DNA of 58,040 bases from the NCBI GenBank assembly GCA_944389655.1, contig CALXND010000003.1:1-58040 (forward strand), read 5' to 3'. Under the pieces are notes generated by a model that ran no database searches, was not told the DNA's origin, and worked only from the letters and a program-made list of their open reading frames with translations. Both the position numbers and the translations under genes were made by a program. The stretch's first letter is position 1. Every line of letters starts with the position of its first letter. The DNA is from an uncultured Clostridia bacterium (GTDB lineage Bacteria > Bacillota > Clostridia > TANB77 > CAG-508). This document shows positions 19,328 to 29,893 of this stretch, one piece after another.

Positions 19328-19993
19328 TTTTTTCTCTCCAATTTAACATTTGCTCTTTTTAATATTCCTCTGGCAACTTCTTTTGCCATTTCTGGTAGTG
19401 CTTGCCAAGATTGAGAACAATTTTCTATTTTTCCCACATATACTTCTTCTACTTTTCTACCTTGTTGTATAACGTCTAATAGGATTCCTATATCTACTGC
19501 ATAGTCTTTTTCAAATGTTATAGTTTCAAAAACTTCTTTCTTTCCAGATATTATCCCACTAAGCGGTTGTCCGAAATTTATACATATTAGGAAATAACAA
19601 ATCTAAAAGAGGCTTTGTAACTAATTCTGTTACTCTTCCCCCTTCTCTTTTAAAAGTAGATTTTACAAAATCTATATCAGAATTAATTATTGGTTCAGTC
19701 ATAATTTCTAATATTTTATTAGTTTCAATTTTTAAATCTCCATCTATAAATATTATTATATTGTTATTGACATGCTTTAGTCCTTCCTCCATTGCATATC
19801 CTTTACCTTTATTATTGCAATATACAATTTTATCTGCTCCACTCTCTTCCGCTTTTTTTGCAGTATTATCTGTTGAGCAATTATCTACTACTATAATTTC
19901 ACTTTTTATTGTACTGTTTCGTAAATGTTTAATAACATTAGCAATGCTTTTTTCTTCGTTATGTGCTGGTATTATTACACTTATTTTTTGCAT
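19324..19993 (-). CDS. glucosyl-3-phosphoglycerate synthase-like GT2; needs a +1 shift at CGG 19573-19571 (222 aa reconstructed)
   Basis: Frame 0: IPAHNEE...IDGD...GGRVTELVTKPLL; after TTT-C-GGA the +1 frame gives GQPLSGIISGKKEVF...DYAVDIGILLDV...LPEMAKEVARGILKRA to TGA at 19324. Confidence 0.85.
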
Positions 19994-20286
19994 TTCTTAA
20001 TCTCCTTTATACATATTTAATAGTTTAAATTTTATTAGATATCACCATTATTCTTTTTATAATTATATCATCTTCTATTTTAACTTATATATTTTTTATT
20101 ATAATCTGTTAAATATCTCTATAATATTTTATCATAAAAGAGAAAAAATGTAAACATAATTTTTTGAGCCAAAAATTATGTTTGTCTTACGTTTTATAAA
20201 GTATAATATTTATATATTTTTTAATTTTAAATTAGTTAATAACTTTCTAATGTTATTATGCTATACTAGCTAATTAACATTTTATA

Positions 20287-21015
20287 TTAAAATAATTTAT
20301 CCATCTTGTATTCTTTATCAAGTTTCTCATTTAAGTAAAGTTTACTAATTATTTCTAATTCTTTTATACCATTCTCTGATAAATTAAAAGAAAATAATTT
20401 TTTAGGTGGCGCTAAGACTATATATTTTATGCTATTCATGGTCGCATCTGATATTTCTACTGCACCTTTATCTTGCTTACTACAATCTTCACATTTTAAA
20501 CCATTATCCTTAAAGCTAAAATGGTTTAAATGCAAATCGCTTTTTTTACAATTTGAGCATTTATCAATTATAGGTGTAAAGCCTAATAAACACATAAGTT
20601 TAAGTTTAAATATTGCCATACTTAAATCCATGTTTTTATCGGTTTCTGAAAGTACATATAGTGTATTTAAAAAAAGCTGTAATATTTTATATGTATTTTG
20701 ATTTTCATCAGTAACATCATTTATTATTTTAGTAATATGTGATGCATATTGTAGCTTGTCTAAATCAATTCTAAGATTATAGAATACCTCATTTACTTCA
20801 CACGAATTTATATTATATGAATTGACCCCTTGATATATTAAATAATCCCCAAAACATAAAAATTGTGTTGCTGCCATGAGCATACTTTTGGGTCTTCTTG
20901 CTCCTTTGGCAGCACAACCTATTTTCCCATTTGGAGTTAATAATGTAATCATTTTGTCGTAATCACCCATATTATGTTCTGCTATTACTATTCCCTTTAG
21001 TTTCAATATTCCCAT
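20287..21015 (-). CDS. recO: DNA repair protein RecO
   Basis: GKIGCAAKGARRPKS, Zn-finger CSNC/CEDC; era-yqzL-recO order. Confidence 0.93.
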   Translation of the reverse strand: MGILKLKGIVIAEHNMGDYDKMITLLTPNGKIGCAAKGARRPKSMLMAATQFLCFGDYLIYQGVNSYNINSCEVNEVFYNLRIDLDKLQYASHITKIINDVTDENQNTYKILQLFLNTLYVLSETDKNMDLSMAIFKLKLMCLLGFTPIIDKCSNCKKSDLHLNHFSFKDNGLKCEDCSKQDKGAVEISDATMNSIKYIVLAPPKKLFSFNLSENGIKELEIISKLYLNEKLDKEYKMDKLF

Positions 21016-21130
21016 TTTGCTTTTCCGCCTCTAATAAGTTTTTTTCTATATTTTCTACTTCCATTAATTCTAGAAAAGTATTAATATTGCCAGTATTTTT
21101 AAAAGTATTCCAAGCCATTTGTTTTATCAT
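20972..21130 (-). CDS. yqzL: YqzL-family small protein (52 aa)
   Basis: MIKQMAWNTFKNTGNINTFLEL...; between era and recO; below the ORF-track cutoff. Confidence 0.75.
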   Translation of the reverse strand: MIKQMAWNTFKNTGNINTFLELMEVENIEKNLLEAEKQNGNIETKGNSNSRT

Positions 21131-21288
21131 GTTAAATCATCTCCATTTATATAAAGTTAATGTAAATTTTACATTTCTTTATTTTATCATTTGCATTTTT
21201 TTAAGTTTTATACGCAATTAAAATCATTTTTATTCAATTTTAGAAACACCTTTGCATGTTTATTTGATTGTGTAATTCAAAAAAGAAA

Positions 21289-21382
21289 CGAGTAGCACTA
21301 GGCAAAATCAAAGAAAAAAGCGGAGGTGTGCTTTTGCACATTGAGCATTTTTTCATTTGATTTTAACGACGTGATGCGAGGT
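21289..21382. repeat. bulged rod-like hairpin directly after the era stop
   Basis: AAAATCAAAGAAAAAAGC...GTGCTTTTGCAC...GCATTTTTTCATTTGATTTT. Confidence 0.6.
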
Positions 21383-22291
21383 TTATTTTTTGAATTTGAA
21401 GGAATTTATAAACCTATCACAATTAATCCAATCCTCATTCACCTTAACCCACAACTGCAAGTTTATTTTCATTCCAAGCATTTTTTCCAAGTCTTGTCTT
21501 GCATATGTTCCTATTTTCTTTAGCATTGTGCCATCCTTTCCTATTATTATCCCTTTATGAGATTTACGAAGGCAATATATAGTTGCATCTATATTGTAAA
21601 TAGGTTCATTCTCTCTTGTTTTTCTTCTTTTTAGCTTTTCTACTTGAACTAATATTCCATGTGGTACTTCATCATTTAAAAGTTTTAGTGCTTTTTCACG
21701 TATTGTTTCTTCTACTAGTTGTCTTACTGTTTGGTCTGTATATTCCTCAGTACTATAATATGCAGGTCCTTCATTTAAGTTCTTTTCTATTTCGTCTAAA
21801 ATTGCATCTAAGTTTATGTTTTTTACTGTAGATACTGGAATTATACTTGCAAAATCATATTCGTCTTTATATAACTCTATTAGTTTTGCAATTTTGGCTT
21901 TTTCGACCAAATCTATTTTATTAATAACTAATATTGTTTTTCTTTTTGCTTCTTTTATTTTCTCCAGTATTAGCCTATCTCCTTTTCCTATTTCACTTGA
22001 TGTTGCTTCTATTACAAATACCACCACATCCGCATCTTTTGAAACTTCAAATGCGTTATCTACCATTACGTCCCCTAATTTTGATTTTGGTTTATGTATT
22101 CCTGGTGTGTCTATAAATATTATTTGTGAGTTTGGTCTATTTACTACTCCTCTTATTACTGTTCTTGTAGTTTGCGGTTTATTTGCTATTGCTGCAATTT
22201 TTTCTCCAACCAGACTATTTATTATACTTGATTTACCTACATTTGTTCTGCCTAAGACTGAAATAAATCCTGATTTGAATTTTTCTTTCAT
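21383..22291 (-). CDS. era: GTPase Era
   Basis: GRTNVGKS, QTTR, DTPG, NKID, KH domain HKGIIIGKDG. Confidence 0.97.
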   Translation of the reverse strand: MKEKFKSGFISVLGRTNVGKSSIINSLVGEKIAAIANKPQTTRTVIRGVVNRPNSQIIFIDTPGIHKPKSKLGDVMVDNAFEVSKDADVVVFVIEATSSEIGKGDRLILEKIKEAKRKTILVINKIDLVEKAKIAKLIELYKDEYDFASIIPVSTVKNINLDAILDEIEKNLNEGPAYYSTEEYTDQTVRQLVEETIREKALKLLNDEVPHGILVQVEKLKRRKTRENEPIYNIDATIYCLRKSHKGIIIGKDGTMLKKIGTYARQDLEKMLGMKINLQLWVKVNEDWINCDRFINSFKFKK

Positions 22292-22483
22292 TATTAAGCT
22301 CATTCCTTTCTTCATTGCCAATATATTATATATCCATTTTTTTGTTTTTTATGTAGAAAAAACACGATAATTTTTTTTATTTTTCTGCTTTTTTAGCTTG
22401 ACTTTTATAGTTATATCATATTTCGACATTTTATTCAATGGATGTAATTTTGTTATAAAAAATTAGAACCCTGTTCAAGGTTC

Positions 22484-22750
22484 TTACATATTTTGATAAT
22501 GAGTCCACATGCTTAATATTTGTACTTTATTTTCTTGTTCATTTACTTTATATACTAATCTATGTTGTATATTGATTCTGCGAGAATATAAACCTTTTAA
22601 ATCTCCTGTTAATTTTTCATATGGTGGTGGATTTTGAAATGGATTATTTTTTACAAGTTCTATTAATCTTTTGGTCTTTACTTCTAATTTATTTTCTTTG
22701 AGTTTTGCTATGTCTTTTATTGCTCTTTTGTGAAATTCTATTTTGTACAT
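22484..22750 (-). CDS. yoeB: Txe/YoeB-family toxin
   Basis: NPFQNPPPYEKL.GDLKGLYSRRINIQHRLVY...MWTHY. Confidence 0.93.
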   Translation of the reverse strand: MYKIEFHKRAIKDIAKLKENKLEVKTKRLIELVKNNPFQNPPPYEKLTGDLKGLYSRRINIQHRLVYKVNEQENKVQILSMWTHYQNM

Positions 22751-22751
22751 T

Positions 22752-23000
22752 CTACCAATCCACCTCTTCTTCGTCTACAAATTCTTCTTCTTTGCTATTT
22801 GCTCTTTCTAATATTTCATCTTTTAAGCCTGGTACAGACATGATATATAATGTTTCCATTAAACTATTATAATCTTCTTCTGAAAGAACAACTGCATTAC
22901 CATTTTTTGTAGAAATATTAATTGGTTCATTGAATTTTATAGTTTGTTCAAGTAAAGAATATATATCCTTTCTAAAATTTGTAATATTTGTATTAGTCAT
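22752..23000 (-). CDS. yefM: Phd/YefM-family antitoxin
   Basis: NITNFRKDIY...GNAVVLSEEDYNSLMETLY; GGAGG RBS; promoter TTGACG-17-TATAAT containing ACGTA repeats. Confidence 0.92.
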   Translation of the reverse strand: MTNTNITNFRKDIYSLLEQTIKFNEPINISTKNGNAVVLSEEDYNSLMETLYIMSVPGLKDEILERANSKEEEFVDEEEVDW

Positions 23001-23179
23001 TGTTAACACCTCCTAATAAAATTATAGCATACGTTTTTATGTACGTCAATTGTTTTTATCTTATTTTATATTATGTGTTTTTTTCAATAAAGTATTACTT
23101 TAAGAGATAATATCTAACTTATGTTGTACAAATTTATTAGTACACGAAAAAGAAAAAAATACATCTGTAAAATTAAAAC

Positions 23180-23280
23180 TGAACTGAACCGAAAAAGTTG
23201 CACACTTTTTGATTAAGTTTTTATTAAGCAACTTGTAAGGAATGAATTCTATACTGAACAGGAGACATTCCTTTTAGTTT
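23180..23280 (-). mobile_element. IS3-family remnant (transposase C-terminus plus right terminal IR)
   Basis: Minus strand encodes KLKGMSPVQYRIHSLQVA*, then an IR ending ...CTTTTTCGGTTCAGTTCA. Confidence 0.7.
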
Positions 23281-23419
23281 GTGGTTTCTCCATTTCCTAT
23301 TTTTATTTTGCTACGGATATTTTATAATTGTCAAATGAAAATATTTATAACTACTTTTTACATTCGTCACTTTTTGCATAGACAAAAAAATAAGCAAGCC
23401 GTGTAATGCTTGCTATTCT

Positions 23420-23496
23420 TGGTAGCGAGAAATGGATTCGAACCATCGACCCACTGGGTATGAACCAGTTGCTCTAGCCAACTGAGCTATCTCGCC
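23420..23496 (-). tRNA. tRNA-Met(CAT), elongator type
   Basis: GGCGAGATAGCTCAGTTGGCTAGAGC...TTCATAC...GGTTCGAATCC...CTCGCTACCA. Confidence 0.92.
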
Positions 23497-23697
23497 ATGT
23501 GTTTTTAACGTAGTACTAATTATAAGTGTTTTTTTTAGTTTTGTCAAGTATTATAATTTAAGTTCTAAAAATTGTTTACTATTCATAGATAAATTTAATT
23601 TTTTCAACTTCAAAGTTTAGCAATATTCATATTTTTAATTTTCACAAATATTACTAAACTTTAAAATTTACTAAAATATAATTTATAACTTTTTTAG

Positions 23698-24123
23698 TTA
23701 CTTTTCTCCTATTTCTAGGTCTTGATCTTTTTGTGCCTTTTTGGTTTGAGCTTTTGGTGTTTTATTTATTTGCTCTTCTGAAACTCCTGTTTCTTCTACT
23801 TCTTTATTTTTACCATCTTTTAATTTCGGAACTTTATTTAATGGTGCGACTTTAAGTTTTTCTACTATTTCTCTATGTGATTTCTTTTCTGCTTTTTCAG
23901 AAATTAATTGTTCATTTCCATAATTTTGAACTTCACTATCAACTTTTTCAAGACTTTTTGCTAGAGCTGCTTCTTGTTTATCGTTTGAATTTATATTTAA
24001 TTCTATATCATTTTCTATATCTGGCTTACTATTTACCATATTTTTCAAACTTATAAATGGAGAAAATAGTATTTGCCAGAAATTAAGCTTTACATCTCTT
24101 GCTTCTTCATTCATTTTACACAT
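23698..24123 (-). CDS. hypothetical charged protein
   Basis: 141-aa ORF with AAAGGA RBS; K/E-rich; no recognised motif. Confidence 0.6.
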   Translation of the reverse strand: MCKMNEEARDVKLNFWQILFSPFISLKNMVNSKPDIENDIELNINSNDKQEAALAKSLEKVDSEVQNYGNEQLISEKAEKKSHREIVEKLKVAPLNKVPKLKDGKNKEVEETGVSEEQINKTPKAQTKKAQKDQDLEIGEK

Positions 24124-24272
24124 TCCTTTCTTAAGGCACTCATCCTATTAACTGTATTTTTTATTTTTACCCTTTTATATTTATAATTTCATTTAAAATT
24201 TAGATACATAAATTATTTTTATAAAAATCAATACATATTTATATTAACATAATTTTACAGAAAAAGCAAGTA

Positions 24273-25415
24273 TTAACCCATATAATCTCTTAATTTTTTG
24301 CTTCTGCTTGGATGTCTTAGTTTTCTTAGCGCTTTTGCTTCAATTTGTCTAATTCTTTCTCTTGTAACATCAAATTGCTTTCCTACTTCTTCTAGTGTTC
24401 TTGCTTTTCCATCTTCTAGGCCAAATCTTAGTTTTAATACCATCGCTTCTCTAGGAGTTAATGTGTTCATTACTTCCTCTAGTTGTTCTCTTAAAAGTGT
24501 GTGTGCCGCAGAGTCTTGTGGTGCTGGGCTATCTTCATCTTGTATAAAATCTCCTAAATGGCTATCGTCTTCCTCACCAATTGGTGTTTCAAGTGATACT
24601 GGATCTTGTGCTATTTTTTGTATTTCCATTACTTTTTCAGGTGTAATTTCCATCTCTTTTGCAATCTCTTCTGGAGTTGGTTCACGTCCATTTTGTTGTA
24701 ATAGCTGTCTTGATGTACGAATTAATTTGTTTATTGTTTCTACCATATGAACTGGTATTCTTATTGTTCTTGCTTGATCTGCTATAGCTCTTGTAATAGC
24801 TTGTCTAATCCACCATGTAGCATATGTGCTGAATTTAAATCCTTTATTATAGTCGAATTTTTCTACTGCTTTTATTAGACCCATATTACCTTCTTGAATT
24901 AAATCTAAGAATAACATTCCTCTTCCTACATATTTTTTTGCAATACTAACAACTAATCTTAAGTTAGATTCTGCTAATTTCTTTTTAGCCTCTTCATCAC
25001 CTTTAACTATTCTTTGTGCCAATTCTGCTTCTTCTTCAAATGTAAGTAATGGTATCTTTCCTATTTCTCTTAAATACATTCTAACTGGATCATCTACACT
25101 TACTCCATCAAGATTTGAAACATCCATTTCTTCCAATTTTATTTCTTCTACATTTTCCAAATCTTCAATGTCTGGTTCGTCCATATCATCATTTAGGTCT
25201 ACACCTAAATCTTCAAATGCATCAAATACTTTATCTATTTCTTCTGGATTAGAATCATCTAACTCTGTTGCAAGTTCTGCATATGTGATTTTTCCTTTTT
25301 CTTTAGCCTTTTTTATTATTTTTTGAACCTTATCCTCAGTAGATAATTCTTTCTCTTTTTCGTTTTTTTCATTTATTACTTCAGTTTTTTCTGTTTTTTT
25401 CATTCTTACTATCAT
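24273..25415 (-). CDS. rpoD: primary sigma factor SigA
   Basis: [57 protein letters not shown]. Confidence 0.98.
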   Translation of the reverse strand: MIVRMKKTEKTEVINEKNEKEKELSTEDKVQKIIKKAKEKGKITYAELATELDDSNPEEIDKVFDAFEDLGVDLNDDMDEPDIEDLENVEEIKLEEMDVSNLDGVSVDDPVRMYLREIGKIPLLTFEEEAELAQRIVKGDEEAKKKLAESNLRLVVSIAKKYVGRGMLFLDLIQEGNMGLIKAVEKFDYNKGFKFSTYATWWIRQAITRAIADQARTIRIPVHMVETINKLIRTSRQLLQQNGREPTPEEIAKEMEITPEKVMEIQKIAQDPVSLETPIGEEDDSHLGDFIQDEDSPAPQDSAAHTLLREQLEEVMNTLTPREAMVLKLRFGLEDGKARTLEEVGKQFDVTRERIRQIEAKALRKLRHPSRSKKLRDYMG

Positions 25416-25467
25416 TCCTTTCTGGACACAAATTCCTTTTTAATTAAACTTAAAGAATTTTCTAGTA

Positions 25468-27249
25468 TTATTTTACTTTAGCAAGCTTTAATATTATTTC
25501 ATTTAATTCTTGTTCCAACTTAGCAGTCTCTTCACTAGTATTATTATTTTCTAATTTTTTTATTATTTCATTTCTTTTATTTACGAGTTTTTCCTTATTA
25601 TATGTATTTAATAAATCTTCTATACACTTATTTATATCAGTTATTCCAAAATCATCAGCCATTATACCTGATAAATAATTTATTACCTCTTCTTCCTCAA
25701 ATTGGTCTAAAATGTCACTCGTGCTATTGCTTTCATATTTTTCATATATTTTTTCTATTATTTTTTTGTCCAATTCTGATTTTATGTCTTCTGGTGTTAT
25801 TGTATTTTTTATAGCATTATAACTTTCTTCTGGATAGTTAACTAATATATATATAACCATTTTTTCTCTTTTTATTATACTTTCATCCACTTTCTCCGAT
25901 TTTTCGTTTTTGATATACGCCTTAACTGGATTTCTTTGCAGTATTTTTTGATCATTTGTTTTGGTATATATTAGTTTATTTACTTCACCATAAATCGCTT
26001 CTTTTGAAATTTTGTATTCTTCTGAAATTTTGTCTATGTAAATCTCTTTTTCTATATTATTATCTACTTTTGCAAGTATTTTTGCTACTTCATTTAGGAA
26101 TTTTATTTTATCATTTACATTTTCTAGATTTAAATTTTGTTTTAAAATTTTTACTTTGAATTCTACTAGTGATATTGCTGAATCTACACATTTTTGGAAT
26201 CTCTCTGGTCCATATTTTATAATAAATTCGTCTGGGTCTTTTGCTCCATATATTTGAAGCACTCTTATGTCACATCCCATATTTTGGAGTATTTCTAATC
26301 CTCTTAATGTAGCAGCTTGTCCTGCACCATCAGCATCATATCCTATAATTATCTGCTCACTATTTTTTCTAAGGAGCCTTCCTTGATTCTCTGTAAGTGC
26401 TGTTCCTAGTGATGCCACTACATTTGTAATACCTCTTTGATATAACGATATTGCATCCATGTATCCTTCAACTATTATTATTTTTTTAGTATCGCCTTTT
26501 TTGGCAATGTTTAAACCAAATAAATTCCTACCTTTGCTATATACTATATTTTCGGGCGAATTTATATATTTAGGTTTACTGTCATCTAGTACTCTTCCAC
26601 CAAATGCAATAAATCTTCCTGTAGCATCTTGAATTGGTATCATTAGTCTTCTTCTAAATCTATCTATAATTCTGCCATTTTCTGCTTTTATTCCTAAACT
26701 TGATGCAAGTATTTCTTCATCTGTATATCCCTTTTCTTTTAGTAATCTGCTCAGTTCATCAAAAGTACCTGAATATCCTATTAAAAATGATTTTAAGGTT
26801 CTATTATCAAGCCTTCTTTTCTTTATATATTCTTGTGCTTCTTTTGATGTAGGTTTATATAGAGTTTCATGATAAAATTTTGCAGCAATTTCATTTATTT
26901 CGTATACTTTAGATTTAAGCATTGCTTTTTTATTGTCCTGATAACTTGTATCCAAAGTTGGAAGCGCGATATTAGCCCTATTAGCTAGTAATTCTAATGT
27001 TTCTTTAAAGTTTATGTTTTCTATTTTGCTAACAAAGTGAATTACATTTCCGCCTACGCCACATCCAAAACAATGAAAAATTTGCTTGTCTGGTGACACA
27101 GAAAAAGAAGGTGACTTTTCTTTATGAAATGGACATAATCCAAAAAAGTTTCTGCCACTTCTTTTTAATATTACATATTGTGAGATTACATCTACTATAT
27201 CGTTACTACTTCTTATTTCTTCTATTAATTCATCACTATATCTTATCAA
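25468..27249 (-). CDS. dnaG: DNA primase
   Basis: CPFH...CFGC zinc ribbon, PKYINSPE, TOPRIM EGYMD/DADGAG; probable TTG start. Confidence 0.96.
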   Translation of the reverse strand: MIRYSDELIEEIRSSNDIVDVISQYVILKRSGRNFFGLCPFHKEKSPSFSVSPDKQIFHCFGCGVGGNVIHFVSKIENINFKETLELLANRANIALPTLDTSYQDNKKAMLKSKVYEINEIAAKFYHETLYKPTSKEAQEYIKKRRLDNRTLKSFLIGYSGTFDELSRLLKEKGYTDEEILASSLGIKAENGRIIDRFRRRLMIPIQDATGRFIAFGGRVLDDSKPKYINSPENIVYSKGRNLFGLNIAKKGDTKKIIIVEGYMDAISLYQRGITNVVASLGTALTENQGRLLRKNSEQIIIGYDADGAGQAATLRGLEILQNMGCDIRVLQIYGAKDPDEFIIKYGPERFQKCVDSAISLVEFKVKILKQNLNLENVNDKIKFLNEVAKILAKVDNNIEKEIYIDKISEEYKISKEAIYGEVNKLIYTKTNDQKILQRNPVKAYIKNEKSEKVDESIIKREKMVIYILVNYPEESYNAIKNTITPEDIKSELDKKIIEKIYEKYESNSTSDILDQFEEEEVINYLSGIMADDFGITDINKCIEDLLNTYNKEKLVNKRNEIIKKLENNNTSEETAKLEQELNEIILKLAKVK

Positions 27250-27374
27250 TTTTCTAAAACCTTTCCTCCATATACTTATTTTATTCGACATAAAACCTTT
27301 AATTCCTTCTTAGGTTTTACAGTTTTTGGCTACAACAAAGTCGCATCTTATATAGATACGACCTTTCTTTTGTA

Positions 27375-27953
27375 TTATAGATTTTCACTTGTTCCAGTTC
27401 CATCAAATGGAATGAATTTATTTACTATGTTTTGATTTATGTCTATGTTTTCTTGTGGCAACTTATATTCGTCAAATGATATATTTATTTTATTATCAAC
27501 TAACTTCTCTACCTCTTCTTGTGATGCATGTTCTGCTAAAACAAGTTCGCTAACTAAAATTTGTTTTGCATTGTTTAGCATTTTCTTTTCTCCTGTTGAT
27601 AATCCTTTTTCTTTTTGTTTAAAGCTTAAGTTTCTAACTACATCTGCCACTTCATATATATCTCCGCTTTTCATCTTGTCCATATTATCTCTATATCTCT
27701 TGTTCCAATTTTGAGACATTTCTGTCTCGTTTTCTCCTAATACTGCCATTACTTTTGCTGCCTCGTCTTTATTAATTATATTTCTTACTCCAACCTCTTC
27801 TGCTTTATCGGTTGGTACCATTACTTTTACTTCCCCTGGCATTTTAATTATATAATAATTTTGTTTTTCCCCTAATATGTCTTTTTCCTCTATTGAATCG
27901 ATTGTACCTGCTCCATGCATTGGATACACTATTTTGTCTCCTATATTAAACAT
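27375..27953 (-). CDS. carD: CarD-family transcription regulator
   Basis: GDKIVYPMHGAG, WNKRYR, LSTGEKKML. Confidence 0.93.
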   Translation of the reverse strand: MFNIGDKIVYPMHGAGTIDSIEEKDILGEKQNYYIIKMPGEVKVMVPTDKAEEVGVRNIINKDEAAKVMAVLGENETEMSQNWNKRYRDNMDKMKSGDIYEVADVVRNLSFKQKEKGLSTGEKKMLNNAKQILVSELVLAEHASQEEVEKLVDNKINISFDEYKLPQENIDINQNIVNKFIPFDGTGTSENL

Positions 27954-28458
27954 ATGGGTCCTCCTTTCCAATGTAATTTTTTCAATATATGAAGTTAAGA
28001 AAGGGTTTGTTTCTCTTTTTCAACTACATTTCTATTATACTACAAAAAATGGCAAAAGTCAAAGCTTTTGCCATTAGTTTTTATGTATATTTTCCTTGAA
28101 ACTCTTGAGTTTCAGAGGTTTTCAGAAATTTAATTTTTTTTGAGTTTTTGCATTGTTTTTGCTTAAGTTTATGTGAACCATTTAAGCTAATACTTGATAC
28201 TTGTAGTATTTTTAACTTCCTACCCTTTGGTCAAAATCAATAGTAAATTTAATACTTTTCTTAAACTACAAAATGTTATACGAGGGTGTTTCCAAGTATT
28301 TACAGTTTGTATGCATCCAACGGGCCGGAAATCAAAAATAAAAATCATATAATATTAGACTCAATAAACATATTTATTAGAACTATACGGCTTTGGGCTA
28401 TAAAAGACAATTAAGCCATTATCATGTAACCTTTTAAGCTTAAATTCTAATAAATAAC

Positions 28459-28920
28459 TTATTTACTTGTAGAACCAAATCCCCCAATTCTTTCTCCTTC
28501 TGCATTATCATTATCAGTTACTAAATATTTTTGAAAAATTGCTTGTCCTATTGCTTCACCTTTTTTTATAACTGTATCTTCTTCTTTAATATTGTAAAAT
28601 GCAAACATAAAATGTCCATCATTATCTGGATTTCCATAATAATCTTTATCTACTACCCCCACACTATTTGCCAAAATTAGCCCTTTTTTCTTTGGATTTG
28701 AACTTCTATTATATAGCATTAGCACCTCATCGTCTGCCATATATGCTTTAATACCTGTTTTTACTAATGTTGGAGCCATTCCTTTCTTAAAGCTAGGAAC
28801 AACTGTATCCTCTGCCGCTTCTACATCGTATCCAGCAGAATATTTCGTTTTTCTTACAGGTAAATTTATATCTTTATCTTCCCATCCTTTTGCTATTTCA
28901 AATCCTCTAATCTTTTCCAT
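28459..28920 (-). CDS. dut: dUTP diphosphatase
   Basis: SAGYD, RSS, GVVDKDYY, RIGGFGST. Confidence 0.95.
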   Translation of the reverse strand: MEKIRGFEIAKGWEDKDINLPVRKTKYSAGYDVEAAEDTVVPSFKKGMAPTLVKTGIKAYMADDEVLMLYNRSSNPKKKGLILANSVGVVDKDYYGNPDNDGHFMFAFYNIKEEDTVIKKGEAIGQAIFQKYLVTDNDNAEGERIGGFGSTSK

Positions 28921-29149
28921 TTTTCATTCCTCCATTTTTCATAAGTATTATTTCATAAATATTAATAGTTATTAAAAATGCTTGATATGTTTCTTATAGT
29001 TAGTCCTGCATAATAAATATATAATACTTTTTGTCATATTATATTATATTTTTTACTTTTGTCAATAGATGGTTAGAAAGCTTTTTTTATTTTTCATTTT
29101 ATTATTCCAAAGCTCCAAATGCCGTAGTACCAATTAAAGCAAGCATTTT

Positions 29150-29180
29150 TGCGCAAATGGGGTCTGACCCCATTTGCGCA
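29150..29180. repeat. 31-nt REP-like palindrome
   Basis: TGCGCAAATGGGGTC-T-GACCCCATTTGCGCA. Confidence 0.9.
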
Positions 29181-29211
29181 CTTCTTGCATAAGATATAAT
29201 GAGGTGACTTT

Positions 29212-29442
29212 ATGGAAACTATACCTTTGACTGAATTGCAACTACATCAAGTTGGTTTTATAAAAGAAATTAATTGTAAAAGTAGCATAAAAAGAAGACT
29301 TCTTGATTTAGGATTAATTCCTAATACTAAAATAATACCCATAATGAAGAGTATTGCTGGTGATCCTATTGCTTATGAGGTTAGAAATATAATTATTGCT
29401 ATTAGAAAACAAGATGCAGAAAAAATCCAGGTCACTATTTAA
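29212..29442 (+). CDS. feoA: ferrous iron transport protein A
   Basis: RRLLDLGLIP...GDPIAYEVR...AIRKQDAEKI. Confidence 0.92.
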   Translation: METIPLTELQLHQVGFIKEINCKSSIKRRLLDLGLIPNTKIIPIMKSIAGDPIAYEVRNIIIAIRKQDAEKIQVTI

Positions 29443-29563
29443 TTTTGTGACCTGGATTTTTCCCATTTTTTTATATCTTAGAATATACACATATGAACAT
29501 GATATATGATTATTTCTTTAAATTAATAATATCCCGCGCAACGCCAACACGGGAAAAAATTAT

Positions 29564-29824
29564 TTACAATATTGGATATATATACAAATATTTCATATCT
29601 GTATACATTTCTAAATTTGTTCCTGGTATTAACTTTTTTATTAAATACCCTGTCTTTGTTAATGTTTTCTCAATCTCCGATGGGATATATTTCATTGAAA
29701 TTACTATTCCATCATTCCGTTCTTTGACTCTGTTCTTTTCTTTATTCTTTTTTATTATTTCTAATACCAGTACTCTAAGTACATTTTTAGAGCCTTCTAG
29801 CTCAGCATAGATTTTTTCTAACAT
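29564..29824 (-). CDS. hypothetical ORFan (86 aa) with in-frame CGG at codon 36
   Basis: GAGGAGG RBS; followed by a GC-rich hairpin at 29532-29553. Confidence 0.6.
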   Translation of the reverse strand: MLEKIYAELEGSKNVLRVLVLEIIKKNKEKNRVKERNDGIVISMKYIPSEIEKTLTKTGYLIKKLIPGTNLEMYTDMKYLYIYPIL

Positions 29825-29893
29825 TCTTTGGTCCTCCTCAAATTGTAATGGCGTTGTATTTAAATGTTATACATATATATTATACCATTTATG

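Noticed and set aside
28150-28440. Possible ncRNA (tmRNA, 6S) or IS end between carD and dut
   Set aside because: A GC-richer patch (GAGGGTGTTTCC...CGGGCCGG) but no tRNA-like ends, tag peptide or matching inverted repeat that I could identify.
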